A stretch of 63,983 nt of DNA, the filler included, from an uncultured bacterium (GTDB lineage Bacteria; CAYJRR01): NCBI GenBank assembly GCA_964372275.1. It is 3 parts of 3 records of this genome, joined end to end, with 100 filler letters (N's around TTAATTAATTAA, not from the genome) between each part and the next. Parts side by side here need not be neighbours in the genome. Positions count along the whole stretch, not along the records: positions 25,799 to 51,422 come from CAYJRR010000068.1; 2 more parts are not named here. One strand, written 5' to 3'. The notes below the pieces were generated by a model that saw nothing but the letters and a program-made list of their open reading frames with translations, had not been told where the DNA came from and ran no database searches. Position numbers and translations under genes: made by a program. Positions 29,772 to 38,826 of the stretch are shown here, piece by piece; the stretch's first letter is position 1, and each line of letters starts with the position of its first letter.

Positions 29772-31112
29772 CTAGAGGAGGTTCGCGGCGAGCTCGGCCA
29801 GGGGGCTGCGCTCCCCCTTGGTCAGCGTGACGTGGGCGGAGATCGTCTGCTCCTTGAACTTCTCCACCACGTAGGTCAGTCCGTTCGACGAGCTGTCGAC
29901 GTAGGGGTTGTCGATCTGGTACGGGTCGCCGGTGAGAATGATCTTCGTGTTCTCGCCGGCGCGGGTGAGGATCGTCTTCATCTCGTGCGGCGTCAGGTTC
30001 TGCGCCTCGTCGATGATCATGAACTGGTGCGGGATCGAGCGACCGCGGATGTAGGTCAAGGGCTCGATCTCCAGGATCCCCATGTGGAGCAGCTCTTCGT
30101 AGCCGCGCTCCACCTTCTTCTTCCCGGAAGGGTTGATCTCGAGGAGGAACTCGATGTTGTCGAAGATCGGCTTCATCCAGGGGTTCAGCTTCTCCTCGAT
30201 GTCGCCGGGAAGGAACCCGATGTCCTTGCCGAGGGGGAAGACGGGGCGGCTGACGAGCAGCTTGTGGTAGACGTTCTCGTCGGCGACCTTCTGCAGGCCG
30301 GCGGCGAGCGCCATCAGCGTCTTGCCGGTTCCCGCCTTGCCGACGAGGGTCACCAGCTTCACCTCGTCGTTCAGGAGCGCGTCGCAGGCGAACGCCTGCT
30401 CCTTGTTCTTGGGGAAGACCCCCCAGATCCCTTCTTTGATGCGCGGCACCGGCACGATCGACCTCTTGTTGCCGTCGTGCCGTCCGAGCGCGCTCTTCCC
30501 GGGATCCTCCACGCCGCGCATGACGACGTATTCGTTCGGGTAGAGCGGCTTCCCGCCATCCGGGAGCGGTACCGAGCCCTTTTCGTAGAAGGCGTCGATC
30601 GCCATCGCCGGGACCGAGAGCTCGGCGACGCCCGAATAGAGCTCGTCGATGCGGACCTTGTCGTGCTCGAAGTCCTCGCTCGGGATCCCCAGCGCGTCGG
30701 CCTTGATGCGCAGGTTGGTGTCCTTGGTGACGAACACCACCATGTTCCCGTTCCGGCGCTGGTGGGCGACCAGCGCCGTGGCGAGGATGCGGTTGTCGGC
30801 CTTGGTCGGGTCGAGCTCCTGCGGGAGCGCCTCCTCCTTGTTGCTGCGCAGCAGGTCGACGCGCAACGTACCGCCGTGCTCGTTGAGCGAGACCCCGCGG
30901 GAGACCGAGCCGGTCAGCCGCATCTGGTCGAGGAAGCGGGAGACGGTGCGCGCGTTGCGCCCGATCTCGCTCATCTCCTTCTTGAAGCGGTCGACCTCCT
31001 CGATGACGGTGATCGGGATGATCACCTCGTTGTCCCCGAACTTGTAGATCGCCTGGGGGTCGTGGAGCAGGACGTTGGTGTCGAGGACGAAGGTCTTCTT
31101 CAAGGTGGTCAT
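29772..31112 (-). CDS. PIN-PhoH fusion protein (PhoH2/YlaK-like)
   Basis: VLDTNVLLHD, DNRIL, TKDTNLRIKA (PIN); GKAGTGKT, GFLPG, YIRGRS, DEAQN (PhoH). Confidence 0.95.
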   Translation of the reverse strand: MTTLKKTFVLDTNVLLHDPQAIYKFGDNEVIIPITVIEEVDRFKKEMSEIGRNARTVSRFLDQMRLTGSVSRGVSLNEHGGTLRVDLLRSNKEEALPQELDPTKADNRILATALVAHQRRNGNMVVFVTKDTNLRIKADALGIPSEDFEHDKVRIDELYSGVAELSVPAMAIDAFYEKGSVPLPDGGKPLYPNEYVVMRGVEDPGKSALGRHDGNKRSIVPVPRIKEGIWGVFPKNKEQAFACDALLNDEVKLVTLVGKAGTGKTLMALAAGLQKVADENVYHKLLVSRPVFPLGKDIGFLPGDIEEKLNPWMKPIFDNIEFLLEINPSGKKKVERGYEELLHMGILEIEPLTYIRGRSIPHQFMIIDEAQNLTPHEMKTILTRAGENTKIILTGDPYQIDNPYVDSSSNGLTYVVEKFKEQTISAHVTLTKGERSPLAELAANLL

Positions 31113-31291
31113 CGCGCGGCGCGCCCGAGCAGGAGCTGCCCCGCGGCGAAGATCGCCGCCCCCACGAGGGTCATCATCAGCAGCCGACCCTCCTTGTTCA
31201 TCGGATCGAAGAACAGGATGGCGACGTAGGCCGTGAGGACGAGCCCGGTCACCTGGAGAAGGCGACCGAAGTAGTAGCGAAACACGTCCAA
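31109..31291 (-). CDS. Small two-TM membrane protein
   Basis: Two hydrophobic helices; ATGA overlap with PhoH. Confidence 0.7.
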   Translation of the reverse strand: MDVFRYYFGRLLQVTGLVLTAYVAILFFDPMNKEGRLLMMTLVGAAIFAAGQLLLGRAAR

Positions 31292-31357
31292 ATCGGCCCC
31301 AAGCTATCGTTTTCGCCCGTCCTCCATCAAGGGAAAAGCCGGTTACGATGCGGCCCC

Positions 31358-32890
31358 GTGCCCGGATCGACGACCGGACTTTTCCTCGCCGCCGCGCTGC
31401 TTGCGCCGCCGATCGCCTGGCCCGGCGACGCGATCCGCGTCGGGATCGACGCCGAAGGGGGCGCGCCCTACACCTTCTACGATCCGGACGAGCCGTCGAC
31501 TCTCGTCGGCTTCGAGGTGGAGATTGCCCGCGAGGTGGCGCGGCGCGCCGGGGCCCAGGCGGTCTTCGTGCAGAACGCCTGGGACGCGCTGATCCCCGGA
31601 CTCGACCGCGGCGACTACGACGTGGCATTGGGCGGGATCGAGGTGACGCCGGACCGCGCGCCGCTCGTCGAGTTCAGCCGTCCCTACTACGTCTTCCAGG
31701 AGGAGCTGACGGTCCGTGCGGGCGAGGACCGCATCCGGGCGCTGGCCGACCTGCGCGGGCGCCGGGCGGGGACGCTGTCCGGCTCGCTCGCCCGCCAGAT
31801 GCTGGAGGCGGTCGGGGGGGTCGAGATCGTGACCTACCCGGACGTGCTCGAGCCGTATCGCGATCTGTTGATCCGCCGCGTCGACGCCGTCCTCCTCGAC
31901 GTGCCGGTGGCGCTCTACTACGGCCGGGCGGAGGGAACGCTCGTGCCGGCGGGACCGCCGATCGGCCGCGGCCTCTACGCGGCGGTCTTCCGAAGGGGCG
32001 ACGTCGCGCGCCGGGACGCCTTCGACCGCGCGATCGGGGCGATGCTCGAGGACGGAACGCTGCGGCGGATCCTCGACGGGTGGAAGCTGTGGAACGGTGC
32101 GCAGGCGGAGCTGTCGGCCGGCCGCGCGCTCACGGAGCGTTTCTCGCGCCAGTCGGCGTGGGAGGTCTTCCTCGCCGAAGGGGGTCCGGTGGACGCCGCG
32201 GGGTCGGTGGACGCCGCGGGGCCGGCGGCAACGGTGGCCGGGCGGCCGGAGTCCTATGCGCGGTTCCTTCCGCCGCTGCTCGCCGGCGCCGCGATGACGC
32301 TCCTGCTCTCGATCGCGTCGTTCGTGCTGGCGGTGGCGCTCGGGCTACCGATCGCGCTCGCGCGGGTCTACGGCGCGCCGCCGTTGGCCTGGGCGGCAAC
32401 GGCCTACGTGGAGGTGATGCGCGGAACGCCGCTGCTGATCCAGCTCCTCGTCCTCTACTACGGCCTGCCGGAGGTCGGCATCACCTTTCCGGCGATCCAC
32501 ACCGCGATCCTCGGCCTGGGCTTGAACTACGCGGCCTACGAGTCGGAGGTCTACCGCGCGGCGATCCTGGCCGTTCCCGTCGGGCAGATGGAGGCCGCCC
32601 TTTCGCTCGGGATGGGTCGCGCGCAGTCGCTGCGGTGGGTGATCCTGCCGCAGGCGCTCCGAACCGCCCTTCCCCCGTCGACCAACGACTTCATCGCCTT
32701 GTTCAAGGACTCGAGCCTGGTCTCGGTGATCACCGTCGTCGAGCTGACCAAGACGTTTCAGATCTTCGCCGCCTCCACCTACTCCTACGGCGAGCTGGGG
32801 GCGATGACCGCCGCGCTCTACCTGGCGATGAGCCTCCCGATGGCGGCGCTCGCCCGTCGCCTCGAACGCCGCCTGGAGGTGGCGCGATGA
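31358..32890 (+). CDS. Polar amino-acid ABC transporter, fused substrate-binding and permease
   Basis: SBP family 3 motifs (GFEVEIA, WDALIPGL); RGTPLLIQL, AYESEVYR...GQMEAA. Confidence 0.93.
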   Translation: MPGSTTGLFLAAALLAPPIAWPGDAIRVGIDAEGGAPYTFYDPDEPSTLVGFEVEIAREVARRAGAQAVFVQNAWDALIPGLDRGDYDVALGGIEVTPDRAPLVEFSRPYYVFQEELTVRAGEDRIRALADLRGRRAGTLSGSLARQMLEAVGGVEIVTYPDVLEPYRDLLIRRVDAVLLDVPVALYYGRAEGTLVPAGPPIGRGLYAAVFRRGDVARRDAFDRAIGAMLEDGTLRRILDGWKLWNGAQAELSAGRALTERFSRQSAWEVFLAEGGPVDAAGSVDAAGPAATVAGRPESYARFLPPLLAGAAMTLLLSIASFVLAVALGLPIALARVYGAPPLAWAATAYVEVMRGTPLLIQLLVLYYGLPEVGITFPAIHTAILGLGLNYAAYESEVYRAAILAVPVGQMEAALSLGMGRAQSLRWVILPQALRTALPPSTNDFIALFKDSSLVSVITVVELTKTFQIFAASTYSYGELGAMTAALYLAMSLPMAALARRLERRLEVAR

Positions 32891-33585
32891 CGTCGCCGAT
32901 CCTCGCCGTCCAGGAGGTGCACAAGGGATTCGGCGCCCACGAGATCGTCCGCGGCGTCTCGTTCGAGGTGGCCGCGGGGGAGGTGGTCGCCATCGTCGGC
33001 TCCAGCGGCGCCGGGAAGAGCACGCTCCTCCGCTGCCTGAACTACCTCGCCGCGTTCGAACGCGGGCGGGTCGAGGTCGCCGGGAACGTACTGACCCCCG
33101 GTCTCCGGCCGACCGAGCGCCAGGTGAGGGCGGCGCGGCGGCAGGTGGGGATGGTGTTCCAGGACTTCCAGCTCTTCCCCCACCTCGACGCGACCGGAAA
33201 CGTCGCGCTCGGACCGCGGCACGTCCTGCACGTGTCGGCCGCCGAGGCCCACGCCCGCGCGGAACGGACATTGGCACGGGTCCATCTCTCCGACCGCGCG
33301 TGCCACTATCCGTCGCAACTGTCCGGCGGCCAGCGGCAACGGGTCGGCATCGCCCGCGCGCTCGCGATGGAGCCGAAGCTCCTGTTGCTCGACGAACCGA
33401 CGAGCTCCCTCGATCCCGTCCTCAAGGAGGAGGTGGTGCGCGTCCTGCTGGAGCTCAAACGGGACGGAATGACGATGGTTCTCGTGACCCACGAGCACGA
33501 GCTCGCCCGTACGCTGGCCGACCGCGTGCTCACGCTCGCCGCCGGCCGCATCGCGACCGAGGGACGGCCGTCCGACCTCCGCTGA
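32887..33585 (+). CDS. Amino-acid ABC transporter ATP-binding protein
   Basis: GSSGAGKST, LSGGQRQR, LLDEPT. Confidence 0.95.
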   Translation: MTSPILAVQEVHKGFGAHEIVRGVSFEVAAGEVVAIVGSSGAGKSTLLRCLNYLAAFERGRVEVAGNVLTPGLRPTERQVRAARRQVGMVFQDFQLFPHLDATGNVALGPRHVLHVSAAEAHARAERTLARVHLSDRACHYPSQLSGGQRQRVGIARALAMEPKLLLLDEPTSSLDPVLKEEVVRVLLELKRDGMTMVLVTHEHELARTLADRVLTLAAGRIATEGRPSDLR

Positions 33586-33632
33586 CGTTTCGCCGGCGGA
33601 AGATTCGGCGGTAGGATCTCCGCGGGAGAGAG

Positions 33633-34868
33633 ATGCGGGCCCGACCTCGCGCAATCGCCTTCATCCTCGCAGTCGGATCCGCCGCCGCTCCGGCGGCGAG
33701 CGCGGCGACGACCGGCGTCGAGTCGCTCGTCCCCGGACCGACGCTCGTCGACCTCCTTTCGAATCTCGCCTTCTTCCAGGTCGCGCCGGGCCAGGCGGCA
33801 CGATTCCGCCTGCAAGGTCCGGCCGTCTACGAGATCGACGCCCGCGCCAACCTCGGCCTGAAGGAGGTGTCGAACACCATGCCGACCCTCGAGATCGCGA
33901 CCGAGGACGGCTCGACGATCGCCGAGATGAAGGTTCCCGGGACGCCGGGGACCGGGATCTGGGACGCGCCGGCGATCCGACCCGGCGCTCCGCTCCTGTT
34001 CCACCTCGAGGCGCCGGGCGCGTCAAACGTCTTTCAGATCCGGGTGGACGGAACGGTCGCGCGCGGCATCGCCGTCCGCTTCACGCCACTCGATCCCTCC
34101 CGGGTCTCGCCCACCTCGAGGACGCTTGTGAAGCTCCCACGGCCTCCGCCGTCGAACACCGACTCGCTGGTCCTTCTCGGCGAGTCGAAGCTGTCGCCGG
34201 AGGGGCTCGACCGACCGGCGAACTGGGCGACCAAGGAGATTCCGTCCGGCCGGTGGTCGATCCTGGCCGGCGCCACGACCGGACGCCAGCGGGAGGAGGA
34301 CGCCTTTTCGGCGGCGGAGGTTGCCGGATTCGTCCTCTCCGCGCGGCGGAGCCTCTCGAACGCCCTTCACGTCGACGTCGAATGGGACGGCCGATTCGGT
34401 CGCGCGACGGTGCCGCTCGTGAACGACGTCGCTAGCGGAACGGCGGCCTCGTCGGACGAATCGCGTCACCGGGTGTCGACGGCGTTCGGCGGCCAGTTCT
34501 CTCGGCACGGGGAAAGCGGCTGGCGACTCTCCGCTTCCGGGGACCTGGGGTACGAGTACGACCGTACTTCCGATCGACTGGCGCCGCGGACCGCCGGGTT
34601 CGCGGAGGCGCGGGTGGGTCTCGGCGCCGGAGTGGAGGCAGCTGCGCTTTTCGTCTCGTTCTCCGTCGGTTTGCCGATGCACGACGACACACCGTCCACC
34701 CTGGTCGCCGGAACGGTGCGGAGCCACGTAGAGATGTCCGGAGGGCTCCGGATGCGGCTGCGGGAGCCGGTCGGGCTGGTCTTCGCCTACCGCGGCGAAC
34801 GGCTGACGCGCGAATTTTCAGTGCGGAGGTCGGACCAGTTCCTCGGTGGCCTGACGCTCGACTTCTGA
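33633..34868 (+). CDS. Secreted protein with probable C-terminal outer-membrane beta-barrel
   Basis: Signal peptide; alternating beta-strands; terminal Phe (LTLDF). Confidence 0.7.
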   Translation: MRARPRAIAFILAVGSAAAPAASAATTGVESLVPGPTLVDLLSNLAFFQVAPGQAARFRLQGPAVYEIDARANLGLKEVSNTMPTLEIATEDGSTIAEMKVPGTPGTGIWDAPAIRPGAPLLFHLEAPGASNVFQIRVDGTVARGIAVRFTPLDPSRVSPTSRTLVKLPRPPPSNTDSLVLLGESKLSPEGLDRPANWATKEIPSGRWSILAGATTGRQREEDAFSAAEVAGFVLSARRSLSNALHVDVEWDGRFGRATVPLVNDVASGTAASSDESRHRVSTAFGGQFSRHGESGWRLSASGDLGYEYDRTSDRLAPRTAGFAEARVGLGAGVEAAALFVSFSVGLPMHDDTPSTLVAGTVRSHVEMSGGLRMRLREPVGLVFAYRGERLTREFSVRRSDQFLGGLTLDF

Positions 34869-34891
34869 GGCCCCGTTTCGGAGAAACAGAC

Positions 34892-37138
34892 ATGCATCGA
34901 ACCCGACCGCTCCTGCTCGCCCCGTTCGTCGTCCTCGCCGCCTGGTGCGGCGCCGGCTGCGAGTCGGAGGTGAAGGCGCCGACCGCCGATGCCGGACCGG
35001 ACGTCAGCGTGAACACGGGTACGGTGGTGCGGCTCGACGGCTCGGGGAGCGCCGATCCCGCCGGTCGCCTGCTCACCTACGCGTGGCGGTTCCTTTCGGT
35101 GCCGGACGGATCGCGCGCCACGCTCAACGATCCGACCCTGGCGGTCCCGTCGTTCGTTCCGGACGTCCCGGGCGACTTCGAGATCGGACTCGCCGTCTCC
35201 AACGGGCTCAAGTCCAGCGGAATCGACACCGTCACCGTCGAGGTGGGGAGCGGGCGGCCGACCGCACGAATCGGCACGCCGCCCTCGGTCAACACCGGCG
35301 TGGCGGTTTCGCTCAGCGGCGAGCAGAGCAGCGATCCCGACGACCATCCGATCTTCTACCGCTGGTCGTTCGCCTCGCTTCCGGTCGGAAGCCAAGCCGA
35401 GCTCCTCGGCGAGGAGACGGTGAGCCCCTCGTTCGTTCCCGATCTCGACGGCGACTACGTGGTACGGCTGGTGGTCGACGACGGTTCCTTCGGGAACGAG
35501 AGCGAACCGGACACGGCGGTGGTCACCGTCGGGAGCGGCGCGCCGACGGCGGTGATCCTCCCTGCGGGGACGGTCGGCGCGAACCAGGGAAGCGCCGTTC
35601 TCCTCGACGGCCGCAGCAGCACCGACCCCGACCAGCACGAGCTGTTCTACGACTGGTCGTTCGTCTCGATGCCGGCCGGGAGCGTCGCGATCCTCGCCGG
35701 CGCCGACTCGGGGACGCCGAGCTTCGTCCCGGACGTGGCCGGCACCTACGTCGTCCGGCTGGTGGTCGACGACGGTCCGTTCGGCAACGTGAGCACGGCG
35801 GTCACCAAGACGGTCAGCGCCGGCTCCTGCCTTCCGGTGGCGAGCTTCACCGCCGATTCGAGCGTCACCGTCGAGGACGAGGCGACGCGTCTCCAGTCGA
35901 CGAGCACCAGCCCCTGCGCGCGCTCGCTCACGCCGACCTGGCAGATCGTGTCGCTCCCCGTGGGAAGTTTCTCCGAGCTGTTCGGCGCAACGACCGAGAC
36001 GCCGACGATCTTTCCGGACGCCCCGGGCTCCTACGTGCTGCGGCTGCGCGTCGTCGACTCCGCCGGTATCCAAAGCGACCCCGCCAGCCTGACGGTCACC
36101 GCCTCGCCGCGGACGGTCGACGCCGCGACGACCGGCGTGCACTCCTCGATGGCCCTCGACGCCGCCGGGAATGCGCACGTCAGCTACTGGGACTCCGGCG
36201 AGGGGGACCTGAAGTACGCGCGCTTCAACGGCTCGGCCTGGACGGTGGAGGTCGTCGACACCACCAATTCGGTCGGCTCCTACAACTCGATCGGCCTGAA
36301 CGCGGCCACCGGGGAGCTGCCACGCATCGCCTATCTCGACAGCACCAACAAGGCCCTCCGCTACGCCGAACGGAGTTCCGGCGGCACGTGGACGACGATC
36401 GAGGTCGACGGCGCCGACTCGGAGGACGGCGACTACGCCAGCCTGGCGCTCGATCCGACGACGGGGTTCCCGCGCGTCCTGTATCGCGCCGAGAACGGCG
36501 GGGATCGGTTCCTGAAGTACGCCTTCTGCAACGCCACCTGCACCAACCCGGCGAACTGGACGAAGACCACGGTCGCCGCGACCGGCGGGCTCGACCTGGG
36601 CGGCGGCGCGCGCCTGGCGCTCACCTCCGGCGGGGTGCCGCGCTTCGTCTATCTGAACGAGACGATCAACGATCTCTTCTTCGGCTCGTGCACCGACGCC
36701 ACCTGCGGCACCCCCTCATCCGTGCTGGTCGACGCCTCGGCGGGCGGCTCGGAGACCGCGCTGGCGCTCAACGCCTCGAACAATCCACGCATCGTCTATT
36801 TCGGGACCGGCGGCAACGCCAAATACGCCACCTGCGACGCGACCTGCACCACCACCCCGACCTGGGCGATCCAGACGATCGACTCGACCGGGGACACCGG
36901 GCATTCGCCCACCCTCGCGCTCGGCCCCGACCAAGAGCCTCGCGCCGCGTGGGTCAACGTGACGACGGCGATGGTCCGCTTCGGGACGGCCTCCGCGGGG
37001 AGCTGGTCGATCGCCGACCTGACGGGCGGGCTCACCAGCGAGCGCTCGCTCTCGCTGAAGTTGACGACGAACGGCAACCCACGCCTCAGCTACCACTCGT
37101 CGGCGTTGAAGCTCAGCGTCTACCGCAAGGGCAACTAG
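34892..37138 (+). CDS. Surface lipoprotein with PKD/Ig-like repeats and a C-terminal beta-propeller
   Basis: Lipobox GAGC; repeated LDG..S.DP...Y.W...P.GS...FVPD..G.Y units; repeated SLALD..G.PRI.Y blades. Confidence 0.85.
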   Translation: MHRTRPLLLAPFVVLAAWCGAGCESEVKAPTADAGPDVSVNTGTVVRLDGSGSADPAGRLLTYAWRFLSVPDGSRATLNDPTLAVPSFVPDVPGDFEIGLAVSNGLKSSGIDTVTVEVGSGRPTARIGTPPSVNTGVAVSLSGEQSSDPDDHPIFYRWSFASLPVGSQAELLGEETVSPSFVPDLDGDYVVRLVVDDGSFGNESEPDTAVVTVGSGAPTAVILPAGTVGANQGSAVLLDGRSSTDPDQHELFYDWSFVSMPAGSVAILAGADSGTPSFVPDVAGTYVVRLVVDDGPFGNVSTAVTKTVSAGSCLPVASFTADSSVTVEDEATRLQSTSTSPCARSLTPTWQIVSLPVGSFSELFGATTETPTIFPDAPGSYVLRLRVVDSAGIQSDPASLTVTASPRTVDAATTGVHSSMALDAAGNAHVSYWDSGEGDLKYARFNGSAWTVEVVDTTNSVGSYNSIGLNAATGELPRIAYLDSTNKALRYAERSSGGTWTTIEVDGADSEDGDYASLALDPTTGFPRVLYRAENGGDRFLKYAFCNATCTNPANWTKTTVAATGGLDLGGGARLALTSGGVPRFVYLNETINDLFFGSCTDATCGTPSSVLVDASAGGSETALALNASNNPRIVYFGTGGNAKYATCDATCTTTPTWAIQTIDSTGDTGHSPTLALGPDQEPRAAWVNVTTAMVRFGTASAGSWSIADLTGGLTSERSLSLKLTTNGNPRLSYHSSALKLSVYRKGN

Positions 37139-37174
37139 TCGGCGACCCGGCGCGGGTGCTACATACGGCCGGCC

Positions 37175-38131
37175 ATGGCCGATCACCGAATCCTCGTCAC
37201 CGGCTCGCTCGCCTGGGACCAGATCATGGACTTCCCGGGGAACTTCAAGGACCACATCCTCCCCGACAAGGCGCACGTCATCTCGATCTCGTTCCTGGTG
37301 GGGCAGCTGCGGAAGCAGCGCGGCGGGTGCTCGGCGAACATCGCCTACAGCCTGGCGTTGCTCGGCGAGCGCCCGCAGATCCTGGCCGCGGCGGGGAACG
37401 ACTTTTCCGACTACCGCGCCTTCCTCGACGAGCAGGGGATCGACACCCGCGGGATCCGCGTCTTTCCCGACGAGCTGACCGCCTCCTGCTTCATCACCAC
37501 CGACAAGGTCGACAATCAGATCACCGGCTTCTTCCCCGGGGCGATGCGGCGCGCCGGGGAGTTGTCGGTGAAGAACGACCTCGCCGGCGCGCGGGCCGAG
37601 CTGGCGGTCGTCTCCCCGGACGATCCGGCGGCGATGGTGCGGCACCCGCGCGAATGCCGGGAGCTTTCGATCCCGTTCCTCTACGACCCGTCGTTCCAGG
37701 TGACGGCGATGGACGGTCCGACCCTCCTCGAAGCCTCGCGCGGCGCCAAGGCGATCCTGCTGAACGACTACGAGATGGCGGTCTTCCAGCAGAAGACCGG
37801 ACTCGACGCCGAGAAGGTGCTCGACCTCGCGGAGCTGGTGATCGTGACCTTCGGCGAGAAGGGATCGGAGATCCGCCGCAAGGGGATGGCGCCGATCGTC
37901 GTCCCGCCGGCCAAGGCGGAGAAGGTGGTCGACCCCACCGGCGCCGGCGACGCCTACCGCGCCGGATTCGCGGCGGGGTTGGTGCGCGGCTGCTCGCTGG
38001 AGACCTGCGGCCAGATGGGGAGCGTCGCCGCGGTCTACGCCGTCGAGCAGTACGGCACGCAGAATCACCGCTACACCCCGGCCGAGTTCGCGCAACGCTA
38101 CCGCGCCAACTTCGGCTCCGAGCCACGCTGA
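37175..38131 (+). CDS. PfkB-family carbohydrate/nucleoside kinase (adenosine kinase-like)
   Basis: GSLAWD, GGCSANIAY, VDPTGAGDAYRAG. Confidence 0.92.
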   Translation: MADHRILVTGSLAWDQIMDFPGNFKDHILPDKAHVISISFLVGQLRKQRGGCSANIAYSLALLGERPQILAAAGNDFSDYRAFLDEQGIDTRGIRVFPDELTASCFITTDKVDNQITGFFPGAMRRAGELSVKNDLAGARAELAVVSPDDPAAMVRHPRECRELSIPFLYDPSFQVTAMDGPTLLEASRGAKAILLNDYEMAVFQQKTGLDAEKVLDLAELVIVTFGEKGSEIRRKGMAPIVVPPAKAEKVVDPTGAGDAYRAGFAAGLVRGCSLETCGQMGSVAAVYAVEQYGTQNHRYTPAEFAQRYRANFGSEPR

Positions 38132-38152
38132 TCTCCGGCGACGGGAAAAGGT

Positions 38153-38178
38153 GAGGCCCCGGGTCTCCCCGGGGCCTC
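38153..38178 (-). terminator. Intrinsic terminator-like hairpin
   Basis: GAGGCCCCGGG-loop-CCCGGGGCCTC, followed by TTTT on the minus strand. Confidence 0.7.
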
Positions 38179-38317
38179 GTGCCTACGTTACGGGTCGTAG
38201 GACTTGGGGTGACGCGTTCGCGAGCGGTGGACGCGCTCGAGTCGGCGTCGGTACGGAGGGCCGCGCGGGCACACGACCCTCCGAATCGTGAAGGGGCGGC
38301 GATCCGCCCCGGCCGGA

Positions 38318-38593
38318 CTACAGACCCTTCTTGAAGTTCGGGGCGGCCTTGAAGCCGACCGTCTTCGTCGCCGGGATCTTGATCGGCTTCTTGGTCTGCG
38401 GGTTCACCCCCATGCGGGCCTTGCGGGTACGCACGGTGAAGGTGCCGAAGCCAGGGTACGAGAAGCGGCGCTCCTTCTTCACCGACTTCCGGACCTCGTC
38501 GAACGCGAGATCGAGGATCAGCTCGACCGTCTTCTTCGTGGCCTCGAGTCCCTTCGTCTCCGCGATCTGGTTGATCAGTTCCGCCTTGGTCAT
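38318..38593 (-). CDS. hup: HU/IHF-family DNA-binding protein
   Basis: MTKAELI, GFGTF, RKARMGVNPQT..PIKIPA. Confidence 0.95.
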   Translation of the reverse strand: MTKAELINQIAETKGLEATKKTVELILDLAFDEVRKSVKKERRFSYPGFGTFTVRTRKARMGVNPQTKKPIKIPATKTVGFKAAPNFKKGL

Positions 38594-38672
38594 CGGTCTC
38601 TCCTCGAAATCGGCTCAGCGCCGCTCTGGTAGTGCATGACAACGCATTGCCATACACCTATTGAATGGCGTC

Positions 38673-38700
38673 AGTATACGGACCGGCTGCCCGGGGTCAA
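38673..38700 (-). promoter_or_regulatory. Sigma70 promoter of the HU gene
   Basis: TTGACC-N16-TATACT with an upstream T-tract. Confidence 0.7.
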
Positions 38701-38826
38701 TCAAAAAAAGCGGCTCTGGGGGCCGGGTTGCGCCGCGCGACCGGCCGCAACCCCCGTCCGGTGGCCGACGCGCACGAACGCTCGCATCGCTCGACGAACC
38801 CCGGGCCGGGGAGGGAGGATGCCGCC

